DNA of 64,000 nt. It comes from an uncultured delta proteobacterium (lineage in GTDB: Bacteria; Desulfobacterota; Desulfobacteria; Desulfobacterales; SG8-13). Numbering within the stretch: position 1 is the first letter of the stretch; each line of letters starts with the position of its first letter. The stretch spans positions 496,001 to 560,000 of the forward strand of contig CAWKCK010000017.1 in assembly GCA_963848135.1 (NCBI GenBank), in the 5' to 3' direction. Made by a program: the position numbers and the translations under genes. The notes below the pieces were generated by a model. It was not told the origin of the DNA and did no database searches. It saw only the letters and a list, made by a program, of their open reading frames with translations. Below are positions 40,881 through 49,401 of the stretch, one piece after another.

Positions 40881-40938
40881 CTTGCCAAAGGCGCAATCTA
40901 ATAAAATCACCCCAAATATCACGATACCATCTGGCTAA
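40881..40938. repeat. 58-bp direct repeat, copy 2
   Basis: CTTGCCAAAGGCGCAATCTAATAAAATCACCCCAAATATCACGATACCATCTGGCTAA. Confidence 0.85.
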
Positions 40939-41015
40939 TGCACGGAATCCATTTGTTAATGGGTTCGGAATCGGCAGTAATTGAAGGTTTAAACCTTGAT
41001 GGTCATGTAGACTAT

Positions 41016-41531
41016 TTATTGCAAGCGTGAGCTGATTTGTGTCATGACATTTCGCGCGACCGCATTTACGGTCGTTAGCGTCGAGGCCGATGATATCGCG
41101 TCAACATCCTTATCCAAGGTGTTAGGTAGCCAGCCGCCATCTCCAGAAGTCGCGACAAGAATTATATGGGAATTATTCTCCTGCCTCTTCAGAAACACCT
41201 GCACATCTTTTTCCAGGCCCCATGCAATACAAGAACTGATCACAACAACAACATCGTAATCAGAGGATTCGATCCCATTGAGATCATTAACGCCGATTGT
41301 CCTTTGATTTATCCCCTTAGATACCAATGCATCGCCTATTTCTCTCACCAACGCTCTCTTAAACTCACTGTCCCGTGACGCCATGAGGACAATGGGACCT
41401 CCAGGCTTTCCTAAAGATTCGGAATGTGGCACGTCTTTCTGAGGCCATAAAACCCTTGGAACCGCACAACCACTTAAATACATTAACAATCCACACAAAC
41501 AAGTCAACCAAAACAACCGCTGTTGATTCAT
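41016..41531 (-). CDS. Lipoprotein, flavodoxin-like alpha/beta fold, function unknown; start corrected to ATG 41531
   Basis: MNQQRLFWLTCLCGLLMYLSGC lipobox; alternating beta/alpha pattern (YDVVVVIS, IILVATSG). Confidence 0.65.
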   Translation of the reverse strand: MNQQRLFWLTCLCGLLMYLSGCAVPRVLWPQKDVPHSESLGKPGGPIVLMASRDSEFKRALVREIGDALVSKGINQRTIGVNDLNGIESSDYDVVVVISSCIAWGLEKDVQVFLKRQENNSHIILVATSGDGGWLPNTLDKDVDAISSASTLTTVNAVARNVMTQISSRLQ

Positions 41532-41623
41532 ACCATTCCTCTTACATATACTTGATCTGAACAATCCGCTGAGTCTTGATTCCAAGGGGCATATGTTAAA
41601 ATTCCGAAGAGATAATTCAATAT

Positions 41624-42481
41624 TCACTCTGGTGTTGAATTGAGTTGGATCATTGCCTCGAATATGGGCGGCATTTGTCGGGTATACTTGCCAATCCAAT
41701 TGCCGTAGATATCAAGTATCTTTTTTGATCGGCAAAGATCGGAAATCACACGATCTGCAACAAGACGAAAGTCGGCATCGTTTCGCCTTAAGGCCAGAGC
41801 AAAAGGCTCAAAGGAAAACACATCCGACTTAATCACAAATTCCATTGGGTCCGGCTCTTTTGAAGCCATACCAATCAAAACGATCTGGTCAGAAGAAAAG
41901 GCATCGATCTTCTTTTTTCGTAGCGCATCAATGCCTTCATCTGCTGATTCGAACAAGACAATTTCAGCATCCGTTGATGTATCTCGAATGATTTGCCTCA
42001 ATAAGGCTTCCGTCGTTGTGGCTTTCACGACGCCGAGTTTCTTTCCCTCAAAACCGGCAGAATCAAGCGCCTCATTATCTTTTAAGATCATTAGGGAAGC
42101 GCCGGTGACAAATGTCAATTGAGTAAAGTCAACCAATTCACTGCGGGAAAGCGTTTTGGTCGTCGCGCCACATAATATGTCAATTTTTTTATCAACAATG
42201 GCTTTAAATCGTTCATTAGCCGTTACGGGAATATATTCAGCCTTTACCTTCGTACCAATTTTGTTTTCAACTTCAGTGATGATGTTTTTGCAAATATCAA
42301 TGGAATAACCGGCTGGGTTGCCGTCTTTGTCCAAGAACGACATGGGTGGTTCAGATGCACGATAGCCGATTTTGATTTGGCCGGATTTTTTAATCTGTTG
42401 AAGAGTTCCTGTGAGTTCTTGCGCTGATAAAGGGCTCGAGAAAAAAACGACCATTAAAATGATTGCCAGTTTGCCTCTCAT
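41624..42481 (-). CDS. Amino acid ABC transporter substrate-binding protein (GltI-like), orphan
   Basis: GTLQQIKKSG.IKIGYR, GYSIDIC, DILCGATT..LSR...VDF, FEPFALALRRND..FR..ADR. Confidence 0.9.
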   Translation of the reverse strand: MRGKLAIILMVVFFSSPLSAQELTGTLQQIKKSGQIKIGYRASEPPMSFLDKDGNPAGYSIDICKNIITEVENKIGTKVKAEYIPVTANERFKAIVDKKIDILCGATTKTLSRSELVDFTQLTFVTGASLMILKDNEALDSAGFEGKKLGVVKATTTEALLRQIIRDTSTDAEIVLFESADEGIDALRKKKIDAFSSDQIVLIGMASKEPDPMEFVIKSDVFSFEPFALALRRNDADFRLVADRVISDLCRSKKILDIYGNWIGKYTRQMPPIFEAMIQLNSTPE

Positions 42482-42934
42482 AGTGGTTTTCTCCTGAATT
42501 ATAGTGAGTAGAATGAGGTGAAAAGCGCTTACGTAAATGAGGAAAGACCATAGAGGAAATTCGAAGGAGAGTCAATCTGGGCTTCCTCCTTCAATCGCAC
42601 TAAATCTGAGTGGTTGCGATGGACTGCATATCTATGGTCTATAATTAGTTGTCGGATATTGTTTAAACCTAATTTGAGCGATTGTTATGGTTGCCGAAGA
42701 TACAGGGAAGATGTCGTTTCGTCCCGCCGCCGGCGGGATCAGCTATGCGGGACGGCATATGACGCCGTAGATGCGGCAAGATCGGCAATCCCGATGGATT
42801 TCAAATTTTAAAATCAAACTATGATAGAATTCCTTACATATAAAGCAGTTCCTCCTATATTTATAATTTGGGTTCTTCTCCGATTTAGTTGGTGTATATT
42901 GATGCGAAGCTTATATATGAATCATAGCGTTTGT

Positions 42935-43130
42935 AAATTGGCCGCCCGCTCACTCCGCTCGCTCGACATACACAGACTTTTGCCTCCGCGACCTGCGGAG
43001 GCAAAACAAGCAGTCGCTACGCGAGGCCATCCGCTTTTCTGCCTGAAAGGCATGCACCTTTTACCCGGGCAAGTCGCCCGGGTAAAAAGGGTTTGTCTGC
43101 GTTATGTCTGCGTGCGTCTGCGGTTAATTT
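42935..43130. mobile_element. Miniature structured repeat element
   Basis: Ends AAATTGGCCGC / GCGGTTAATTT; internal hairpins TTTTGCCTCCGC-gacct-GCGGAGGCAAAA and TTTTACCCGGGC-aagtc-GCCCGGGTAAAA; three GTCTGCG units. Confidence 0.6.
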
Positions 43131-43263
43131 ATACTTTTATTTTAATAAGATATGAATAATGTACTCTCAAAAAACACCAACTTTTTTGGAGATGATCCAT
43201 AATTTGAAACGCTCTCCTTAGGTTAAAGTGTAAACATATATTACTTGCCTCGACTCCAGGCTC

Positions 43264-43749
43264 TCAGTTTCCAAACATGGCCCCGGTTGGGCCCAGGTGA
43301 CAGGAATAGCATCCAAACCCGGTCCGGGTGATAAGGCTGAAGGGTTTGAGTCCTAAAGCATCGGCCACCATGGGCACGAGGCGATTCAGTTTCAACCGGG
43401 TTGTTTCCGGATATTTTTCGAGTTCGGGCCCCAGAAGTAATTCCCCGCTGAGTTGGGGAAGATGGGCGGTGGGCATCTTGAAATTTCCGGTTTTTGGTCC
43501 TTGGCCATGACACAGGCTGCAGTCCACCTTAGAAAAACGGTCAGGACGCCAGGCAGCGAAAAGGGCAGCCGCTTTCGGTAAGATAACGCTTTTCATGTGC
43601 GCCTTACGCTCTGTCTGGTTCATTTTGGTCCAGGTCAACCGCTTCCCATCGGGGCCCATGGGCCCCACTCCTTTCGGATAGCAGCTCCAACAGACCATTG
43701 CAGCAATTATCGTTATTACGATGAATAGAGTATACTTACGGCGATCCAT
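43264..43749 (-). CDS. Diheme c-type cytochrome lipoprotein
   Basis: Signal/lipobox ..CWSC; CSLCH and CYSCH. Confidence 0.7.
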   Translation of the reverse strand: MDRRKYTLFIVITIIAAMVCWSCYPKGVGPMGPDGKRLTWTKMNQTERKAHMKSVILPKAAALFAAWRPDRFSKVDCSLCHGQGPKTGNFKMPTAHLPQLSGELLLGPELEKYPETTRLKLNRLVPMVADALGLKPFSLITRTGFGCYSCHLGPTGAMFGN

Positions 43750-43772
43750 AAAAATACCTCTTTTAGTGGCAA

Positions 43773-44552
43773 CTATCCAATCCTAACGGCCAGCATTGAT
43801 ACTGAGCCACCATCTATCCCCTGCACCGGGAAGCTTACTTCTTCCGTTTCCTCGCAAAGACCAAGCACATAAATAAAAGGCAGGTAATGATCCGGTGACG
43901 GAACAGATAAAATGGCATCATCGCCGAAATTTTGGTAGTCAATGAGTGATTTATATTCACCTTTCATCAACATCTCTCGCACGTAATTTTCGAATCGCAT
44001 GGCCCAATCAAAAGGATCCATATCTCTGCCTGTCCACTTATAAGCCGATAGGTTATGGACAATGTTTCCACTGCCGACAATTAACACGCCTTCTTCTCGC
44101 AAAGACATGAGCCGATGGCCCATCTCATAGTGGAACTTGGGTGGCTGAGTCTCATCGATACTCAGTTGGACCACAGGAATATCAGCATTGGGAAACACAT
44201 GTCTCAGAACCGACCATGTTCCATGATCAAGTCCCCAGTTGTCATCGAACTTTACCGAAGTAGGCTTTAACAGCTCTTTAACACGCTGGGCAAGATCACG
44301 ACTTCCAGGAGCAGGGTATTCGAATTGGTATAGTTCTTCGGGAAAACCACTAAAATCATGAATTGTTGGAGGATTTAGACTTGCGGTCACCATAGTGAAA
44401 GGAATGTAATAATGCGCAGACACCGAAAGTATGGCTCTGGGGCGTGGTGTTGATCCATGAATAGATGCCCATCCCTCGGTATATTTATTCCGGGACAATG
44501 CGTTCATCGGGTTACCATGTCCAATGAAAAATACAGGCATCAAATTCGTCAA
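43773..44552 (-). CDS. ygiD: 4,5-DOPA extradiol dioxygenase (LigB family)
   Basis: FFIGHGNPM, SAH, IHDFSGFP, GLDHGTW, GSGNIVHNL, PDHYLP. Confidence 0.9.
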   Translation of the reverse strand: MTNLMPVFFIGHGNPMNALSRNKYTEGWASIHGSTPRPRAILSVSAHYYIPFTMVTASLNPPTIHDFSGFPEELYQFEYPAPGSRDLAQRVKELLKPTSVKFDDNWGLDHGTWSVLRHVFPNADIPVVQLSIDETQPPKFHYEMGHRLMSLREEGVLIVGSGNIVHNLSAYKWTGRDMDPFDWAMRFENYVREMLMKGEYKSLIDYQNFGDDAILSVPSPDHYLPFIYVLGLCEETEEVSFPVQGIDGGSVSMLAVRIG

Positions 44553-44785
44553 TAAAGCACCCTCCCCAATAGTGGCTCACCATATTTCGATGAGCAACCA
44601 GATAGTGTATCCAGTTCTTGAGTTTCAGCTTGTTAAATTACACGTTTTATATCTTTGATGTTGTATCGATACCATATACCATTGAAAATGCAATATTTTT
44701 AAACTTATTCCATTTTTCTGGCATTTTTTACCAATACATAGAAAATTTAGCATCGGAAACATGTAATCCAGAAAACGGATGGACA

Positions 44786-46240
44786 CTAATTAGCATGGCG
44801 AAGAGACTGGCTATCATTATTGTTGATAGTCGTTACGATTGAAGACACTTGGTTGTTGTCCGAAAAAAATTGCCTGTCTTTGCCATAGATATCTTCCCTG
44901 AAGTTCACTTCACCCTCCTCATCCACCCAGGCCGTATAGTAAACCAGATGCACGGGGATCGCATTTTTCAATACAATAATTTTCCTTTGTCCGCTTTCAA
45001 TAATGGTTGCAAGTTTCTTTCGATCCCAATTTTGTTCGGTTAAAAGATATTCTGCCAGGGCCAGAGGATCTTGAACGCGGACGCATCCGGCCGAAAAAGT
45101 TCTTTTTTGCTTATCAAAAAGGTATTTCCCAGGCGTATCGTGAATGTATACTCCTTTCTGATTAGGGAACATGAACTTTACTTTACCCAGGGCATTAATT
45201 TCGGAAGGATCCTGGCGAAGACGGTAGGGAAAACGATCATATGAAACCTCGCCCCAATCGATATAAACCGGATCGAGTTCCGCCGCTTCACGCTGCTGAC
45301 CGTCAAAGACTTTTATTCCTTGCCTTACTAAATACTCCGGATCTTCCTGGATTCTGGGCAGGATGTCTTTCAGGAAGATCTTACGGGGGATATTCCAGTA
45401 CGGGTTCAACTCCAAATAGGTTATTCGGTCCGACATGACCGGTGTCTGACGACGCTTCTTTCCCACAATTACGCGCATTTTTCGGACGACCGCGTCATTT
45501 TCGACAATACGTAATTCAAACCCAGGAATGTTGACCATCAAATAACGTGAGCCGAAATCGTGAGGAATCGATCGCCAGCGTTCCAGATTGATTTGCAATT
45601 GGTTAATCCGGTCATCAACCGATATATTCATGGCAGCATGCGTATTTGCCCCGACAATACCGTCCGGGGCCAAGCCATGGCGGTACTGAAATCTCTGTAC
45701 CGCCGTTTCAAGATCCTGATCGAAATTGTCGATAGGCGCCCAGGATTCAAATGACAGGTCACCGGTAATTTTGAGATGCCGGCGCAATGCTTCCACGCGC
45801 GACCCCTGAGCACCTGCCCGTAACGGTGGACCCTGTGCGATCATTGGCCAACCTCCGGCTCGTTTGATTTCGATATACTCTCTCAGGGTTCTTTGAAGAT
45901 AGTGAACACCCTTCTGTCGAATCGTTTGACCTTTGCTATCCGTTTCCACCCTTTCATCATCCAAAGTCACGGCCCGTTGTGTCGACGTCTCAGGCACCGG
46001 GGAAAAAATGCGGTCAAATTTCTCATCGATGGGAATCTCCGGTGTGATCCGGGCAGGCAAAAAGGAGGTACTCCACGTATCGTTAAAATCCAGGATTTCT
46101 ATATAAACAGGAGGGACCGGCCGCATCCATGGCCCATATTCGAACCGGGAGACATGTTCCTCTAATCCTGATATTGCCAGAGTGATGTGCAAAAACAGAA
46201 GCCACACGCTCGTGACACCGATGATGAGAACTTTTTTCAT
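44786..46240 (-). CDS. L,D-transpeptidase, YcbB/LdtD-like, with PG-binding domain
   Basis: AVQRFQYRHGL.PDGIVG, NLERWR, VNIP, NPYWNIP, YIHDTP...FSAGCVR. Confidence 0.9.
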   Translation of the reverse strand: MKKVLIIGVTSVWLLFLHITLAISGLEEHVSRFEYGPWMRPVPPVYIEILDFNDTWSTSFLPARITPEIPIDEKFDRIFSPVPETSTQRAVTLDDERVETDSKGQTIRQKGVHYLQRTLREYIEIKRAGGWPMIAQGPPLRAGAQGSRVEALRRHLKITGDLSFESWAPIDNFDQDLETAVQRFQYRHGLAPDGIVGANTHAAMNISVDDRINQLQINLERWRSIPHDFGSRYLMVNIPGFELRIVENDAVVRKMRVIVGKKRRQTPVMSDRITYLELNPYWNIPRKIFLKDILPRIQEDPEYLVRQGIKVFDGQQREAAELDPVYIDWGEVSYDRFPYRLRQDPSEINALGKVKFMFPNQKGVYIHDTPGKYLFDKQKRTFSAGCVRVQDPLALAEYLLTEQNWDRKKLATIIESGQRKIIVLKNAIPVHLVYYTAWVDEEGEVNFREDIYGKDRQFFSDNNQVSSIVTTINNNDSQSLRHAN

Positions 46241-47285
46241 TTTGTATGATACCTCGTTGGAATTCCGGTCTTCTTAGGGCCATGTTTCGAAAAGATCGCA
46301 GGGGGTTATCCACATTTCACCGGGCATTGATTAAACGTACCTGCTGCCTGCATAATCAAGAATCAGACCAACTTGATACAATCCAGCGATATTTTCATAT
46401 TAATTGAAATTACAAGAATTTATATTGATTGAATTTTGCCGTCCTCCTACAGAAACCCTTCAAACTGGGAGTTTTTTTTCACAATCTTTATGAAAAAAGA
46501 TAGGCCTCGGTGGCGGTGATGGAGGCAGTCGAGAGCTTTAGCGAGCACGAGTGAGGACTATTTTCGAACGGCGTCTCAAAATAGAATTCGAACGCCAGGG
46601 GAACGTATCTTACTCCAGTGACAGAACGATCGTATTCTCCGTCAAAACAACACCAAATTGGCCTGTTGACATACTAAGCGGTGAGATGGTACCGCAAGGG
46701 GAAAAATATTTACAGCATAGGAGGTAAACGGACCAATTGATCGTGGCCATGACCTTGTTCTGCAGGGTCGGACGACCGCCATCCATGCCCTTGATGCGGT
46801 GTAGAGCCGGATCAAATGGGCATACCATGGCAAGCCCGAACGATCGAGAGGTCGTCAGCATCGATGGGTAAAAAGGGGGGACCACGATGGAGGACATACA
46901 CGGAGAGGAGACGGATAAACAAGGAAGACGTCAGACAACAGCGAAGTGGTGAGAAACCGCAGCGATTGGTCTTAAAAGCGATCCGGGAAATCAAAGACCT
47001 CGAGACGGTCCAGTTGAAGCGGTGGCAGAAACCGCCCCAAAACGGTTGAGACGCTGCCATCCGACTGTACATACACACAAAATGGCCGGAGCCTGTCCGG
47101 ACGACTGAATTCAGTAATGGTGCTATAACCGGAACGCTGTTGAGCGGTGGTTTTCAGACCATATCACTCAATATTTGACCCATCCGGCAGAATGTTCCGC
47201 AACCTGCCGAACCCGTCCAATACCAGACGTCTTCACATATCCATCCTGCCTATTACAAAAAAACGATCAAGCAATTATAGAAATG

Positions 47286-47324
47286 AAAAAAGCCGGTCAT
47301 TCCGGTGAAACCGGTAGACCGGCT
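47286..47324 (-). terminator. Intrinsic terminator after etfA
   Basis: AGCCGGTC ... GACCGGCT stem with a T-run on the minus strand. Confidence 0.65.
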
Positions 47325-47347
47325 CTTTCCTCAGATTACCACGGTCG

Positions 47348-48322
47348 TTACTTGTTCTCTTTTATTTTCTCTGTCAACTCGGGAATGAAATCCAGAATGT
47401 CTTCGATGATACCGACATCGGCCACTTGGAAGATCGGCGCTTTGGGATTTTTATTGACGGCCACGATAAAGGGTGACCCTTTAATCCCTCCCAGGTGCTG
47501 GAAGGATCCGCTGATGCCCAGCGCAAGATAGACTTTGGGTTTGACCGTCTGGCCTGAAGTACCCACCTGGCGGGGTTTTTCGAGCCACTTGGCATCCACG
47601 ATCGGCCGCGAACAGGAAACCACGGCACCCATCGATTCGGCCAATTCCTCGGCCAATTCGATATTATCCTGATCTTCGATTCCTCTACCCACAGAAACGA
47701 GGACATCGGATTTGGTGATATCGACATCCCCTTTCTCGGCCTCGACAACTTTCAGATAACGGCGTCTCACCGCCAGATCGCCAACATCCGCCGATTTGTC
47801 CACCACACTGCCGCCGGCTTGAGTTTTGTCCATCGGTGGAAACGAACCGGGACGGCAGGTCAGCACGGCGCCTTTGGACAGGTCGCATAGTGCGTGAGTG
47901 CTGACCATACCGCTATACTCCTGCCGGATAACCTTGAGGGCACCGCCCTCTACACCGGTAAAATCGACGGCATCGGCGGTATAAGCGCTGTCGAGTTTGA
48001 TCGACAAACCGGGTCCCAGGTCCATCCCGAAAGTATCGTGGGGTAGGAGAACGATAGCGCCCGCCGGCAGGATGTTAACCAATGCTTTGCGGATAATTTC
48101 GGCATTCGGGTAAGCCATCGCATCATTGTTGATTTTCCATATTTCGGGGTAAGTGGATGTCAACGCGTTGCAAACACTCTCCAGTTCGTCACCGACACCG
48201 GCAACGATGGCCGTTGCCGGCGCATCCGGATCGATTTTGGCGGCCGCGGCGAGTAATTCCAGAGCCGTGTCGTCAGCAACCCCGTTCCTGTGTACGATAT
48301 AGGCAAAAACCTTTCCGGCCAT
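47348..48322 (-). CDS. etfA: Electron transfer flavoprotein alpha subunit
   Basis: VSVGRGI, SCSRPIVD, QVGTSGQTVKP..Y...GISGSFQH..G, AVNK.P.APIF. Confidence 0.95.
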   Translation of the reverse strand: MAGKVFAYIVHRNGVADDTALELLAAAAKIDPDAPATAIVAGVGDELESVCNALTSTYPEIWKINNDAMAYPNAEIIRKALVNILPAGAIVLLPHDTFGMDLGPGLSIKLDSAYTADAVDFTGVEGGALKVIRQEYSGMVSTHALCDLSKGAVLTCRPGSFPPMDKTQAGGSVVDKSADVGDLAVRRRYLKVVEAEKGDVDITKSDVLVSVGRGIEDQDNIELAEELAESMGAVVSCSRPIVDAKWLEKPRQVGTSGQTVKPKVYLALGISGSFQHLGGIKGSPFIVAVNKNPKAPIFQVADVGIIEDILDFIPELTEKIKENK

Positions 48323-49113
48323 TACTTCAGCCCTCCTTTGGCTTTAAGAAGTTCGATCAGCTTGTCAATCTTTTCCTCCAAGCTACCTTCCAGGATCTCA
48401 GCTCCCTCACCGAGTTCGGGAACAAAATAATCGATGCGCTTGACCCTGGCTCCTCCGGATCCCATGGTCTCGGCGGCCAGACCGAGATCGGCCGCGCCAT
48501 GCACGGGTATGTCTACGGAAGCCACTTTACGAATACCGCGGATCCCGACATAGCGCGGCTCGTTAATGCCCGTCTGAATCGAGAGCACACAGGGAAGATC
48601 GATCTCGTTGAGCTCCTGGTTACCGCCTTCGATCTCACGGCCGACCTTAATTTTTCCACCGTCCTCTACTTCCAAGGAATTGACCAGCGATGCATAGGGC
48701 CAGTCCAGCAAGGCCGCCAACATCCCCCCGATCTGCCCGGCGCCATCATCGGCCTGGGCGCCCGTGAGAACCAGGTCATACTGTCCTTTTCCGACGGCGG
48801 ACTTCAGGATGGTTGCAATACCGCGGCCGTCGGAATTCTCGAAGGCAGCATCGGACAGCAGAATGCCGTTATCCGCACCCATGGCCATCTCTCTTCTGAG
48901 AACTTCTTCTGATTCATCGTCACCGACAGTAATGACCGTCACGCTGCCACCCACTTTGTCGCGAATCTGGATCGCCTCCTCGACGGCGTAGTTGTCCCAC
49001 TCGTTGACCGAATAGACGAGGTCGTCGCGCTCGATGTCCGAGCCATCCTTGTTCACCTCGATCTCGTTTTCGGCCGTGTCGGGAACCCTTTTCACACAAA
49101 CCAAGATCTCCAT
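48322..49113 (-). CDS. etfB: Electron transfer flavoprotein beta subunit; start corrected to ATG 49113
   Basis: MEILVCVKRVPD, YAVEEA, AMGAD, INEPRY. Confidence 0.95.
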   Translation of the reverse strand: MEILVCVKRVPDTAENEIEVNKDGSDIERDDLVYSVNEWDNYAVEEAIQIRDKVGGSVTVITVGDDESEEVLRREMAMGADNGILLSDAAFENSDGRGIATILKSAVGKGQYDLVLTGAQADDGAGQIGGMLAALLDWPYASLVNSLEVEDGGKIKVGREIEGGNQELNEIDLPCVLSIQTGINEPRYVGIRGIRKVASVDIPVHGAADLGLAAETMGSGGARVKRIDYFVPELGEGAEILEGSLEEKIDKLIELLKAKGGLK

Positions 49114-49185
49114 TTCTCCCTCCCAAAAAGTATCTATCGTGTCAATAGAGGTCTGACCTGTCACGGAGTCAAACCGAACCGATGT

Positions 49186-49401
49186 TACGCTTTGTCCAAT
49201 TCATTTATGAAAATTTTTTCCGCTGGGCTAATTGAGTACATTAAGCTTTCAAATAGAAACGGAAATCCCGCTGCTTGTTCGCGGGGGCCGCACAATGGTT
49301 TGCAGCACGGCGTTACTGTGTGGACGGCGCTGCTGGAAACCTGCTGATAATCCCGCCTATGGCGGGACCCAGCGTAAAAAAGGCGTTTATGGATGGACAC
49401 T
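49186..49401 (-). mobile_element. Degenerate inverted copy of the 57891-58038 miniature element
   Basis: Shares TCCAATTCAT..ATGA.AATTTTTT, GGCCGCACAA.GGTTTGC, TGGAAACCTGC and TTTATGGATGGACACT with the reverse complement of 57891-58038. Confidence 0.7.

Noticed and set aside
42672..42690. TTGAGCGATTGTTATG resembling an attC right arm
   Set aside because: No complementary left arm upstream.
42821..43159. 112-aa plus-strand ORF
   Set aside because: Runs through the structured repeat element; likely spurious.
46560..47280. Several short ORFs and RBS-like sites between the transpeptidase and etfA
   Set aside because: Mutually overlapping with no motifs; possibly decayed genes but not assignable.
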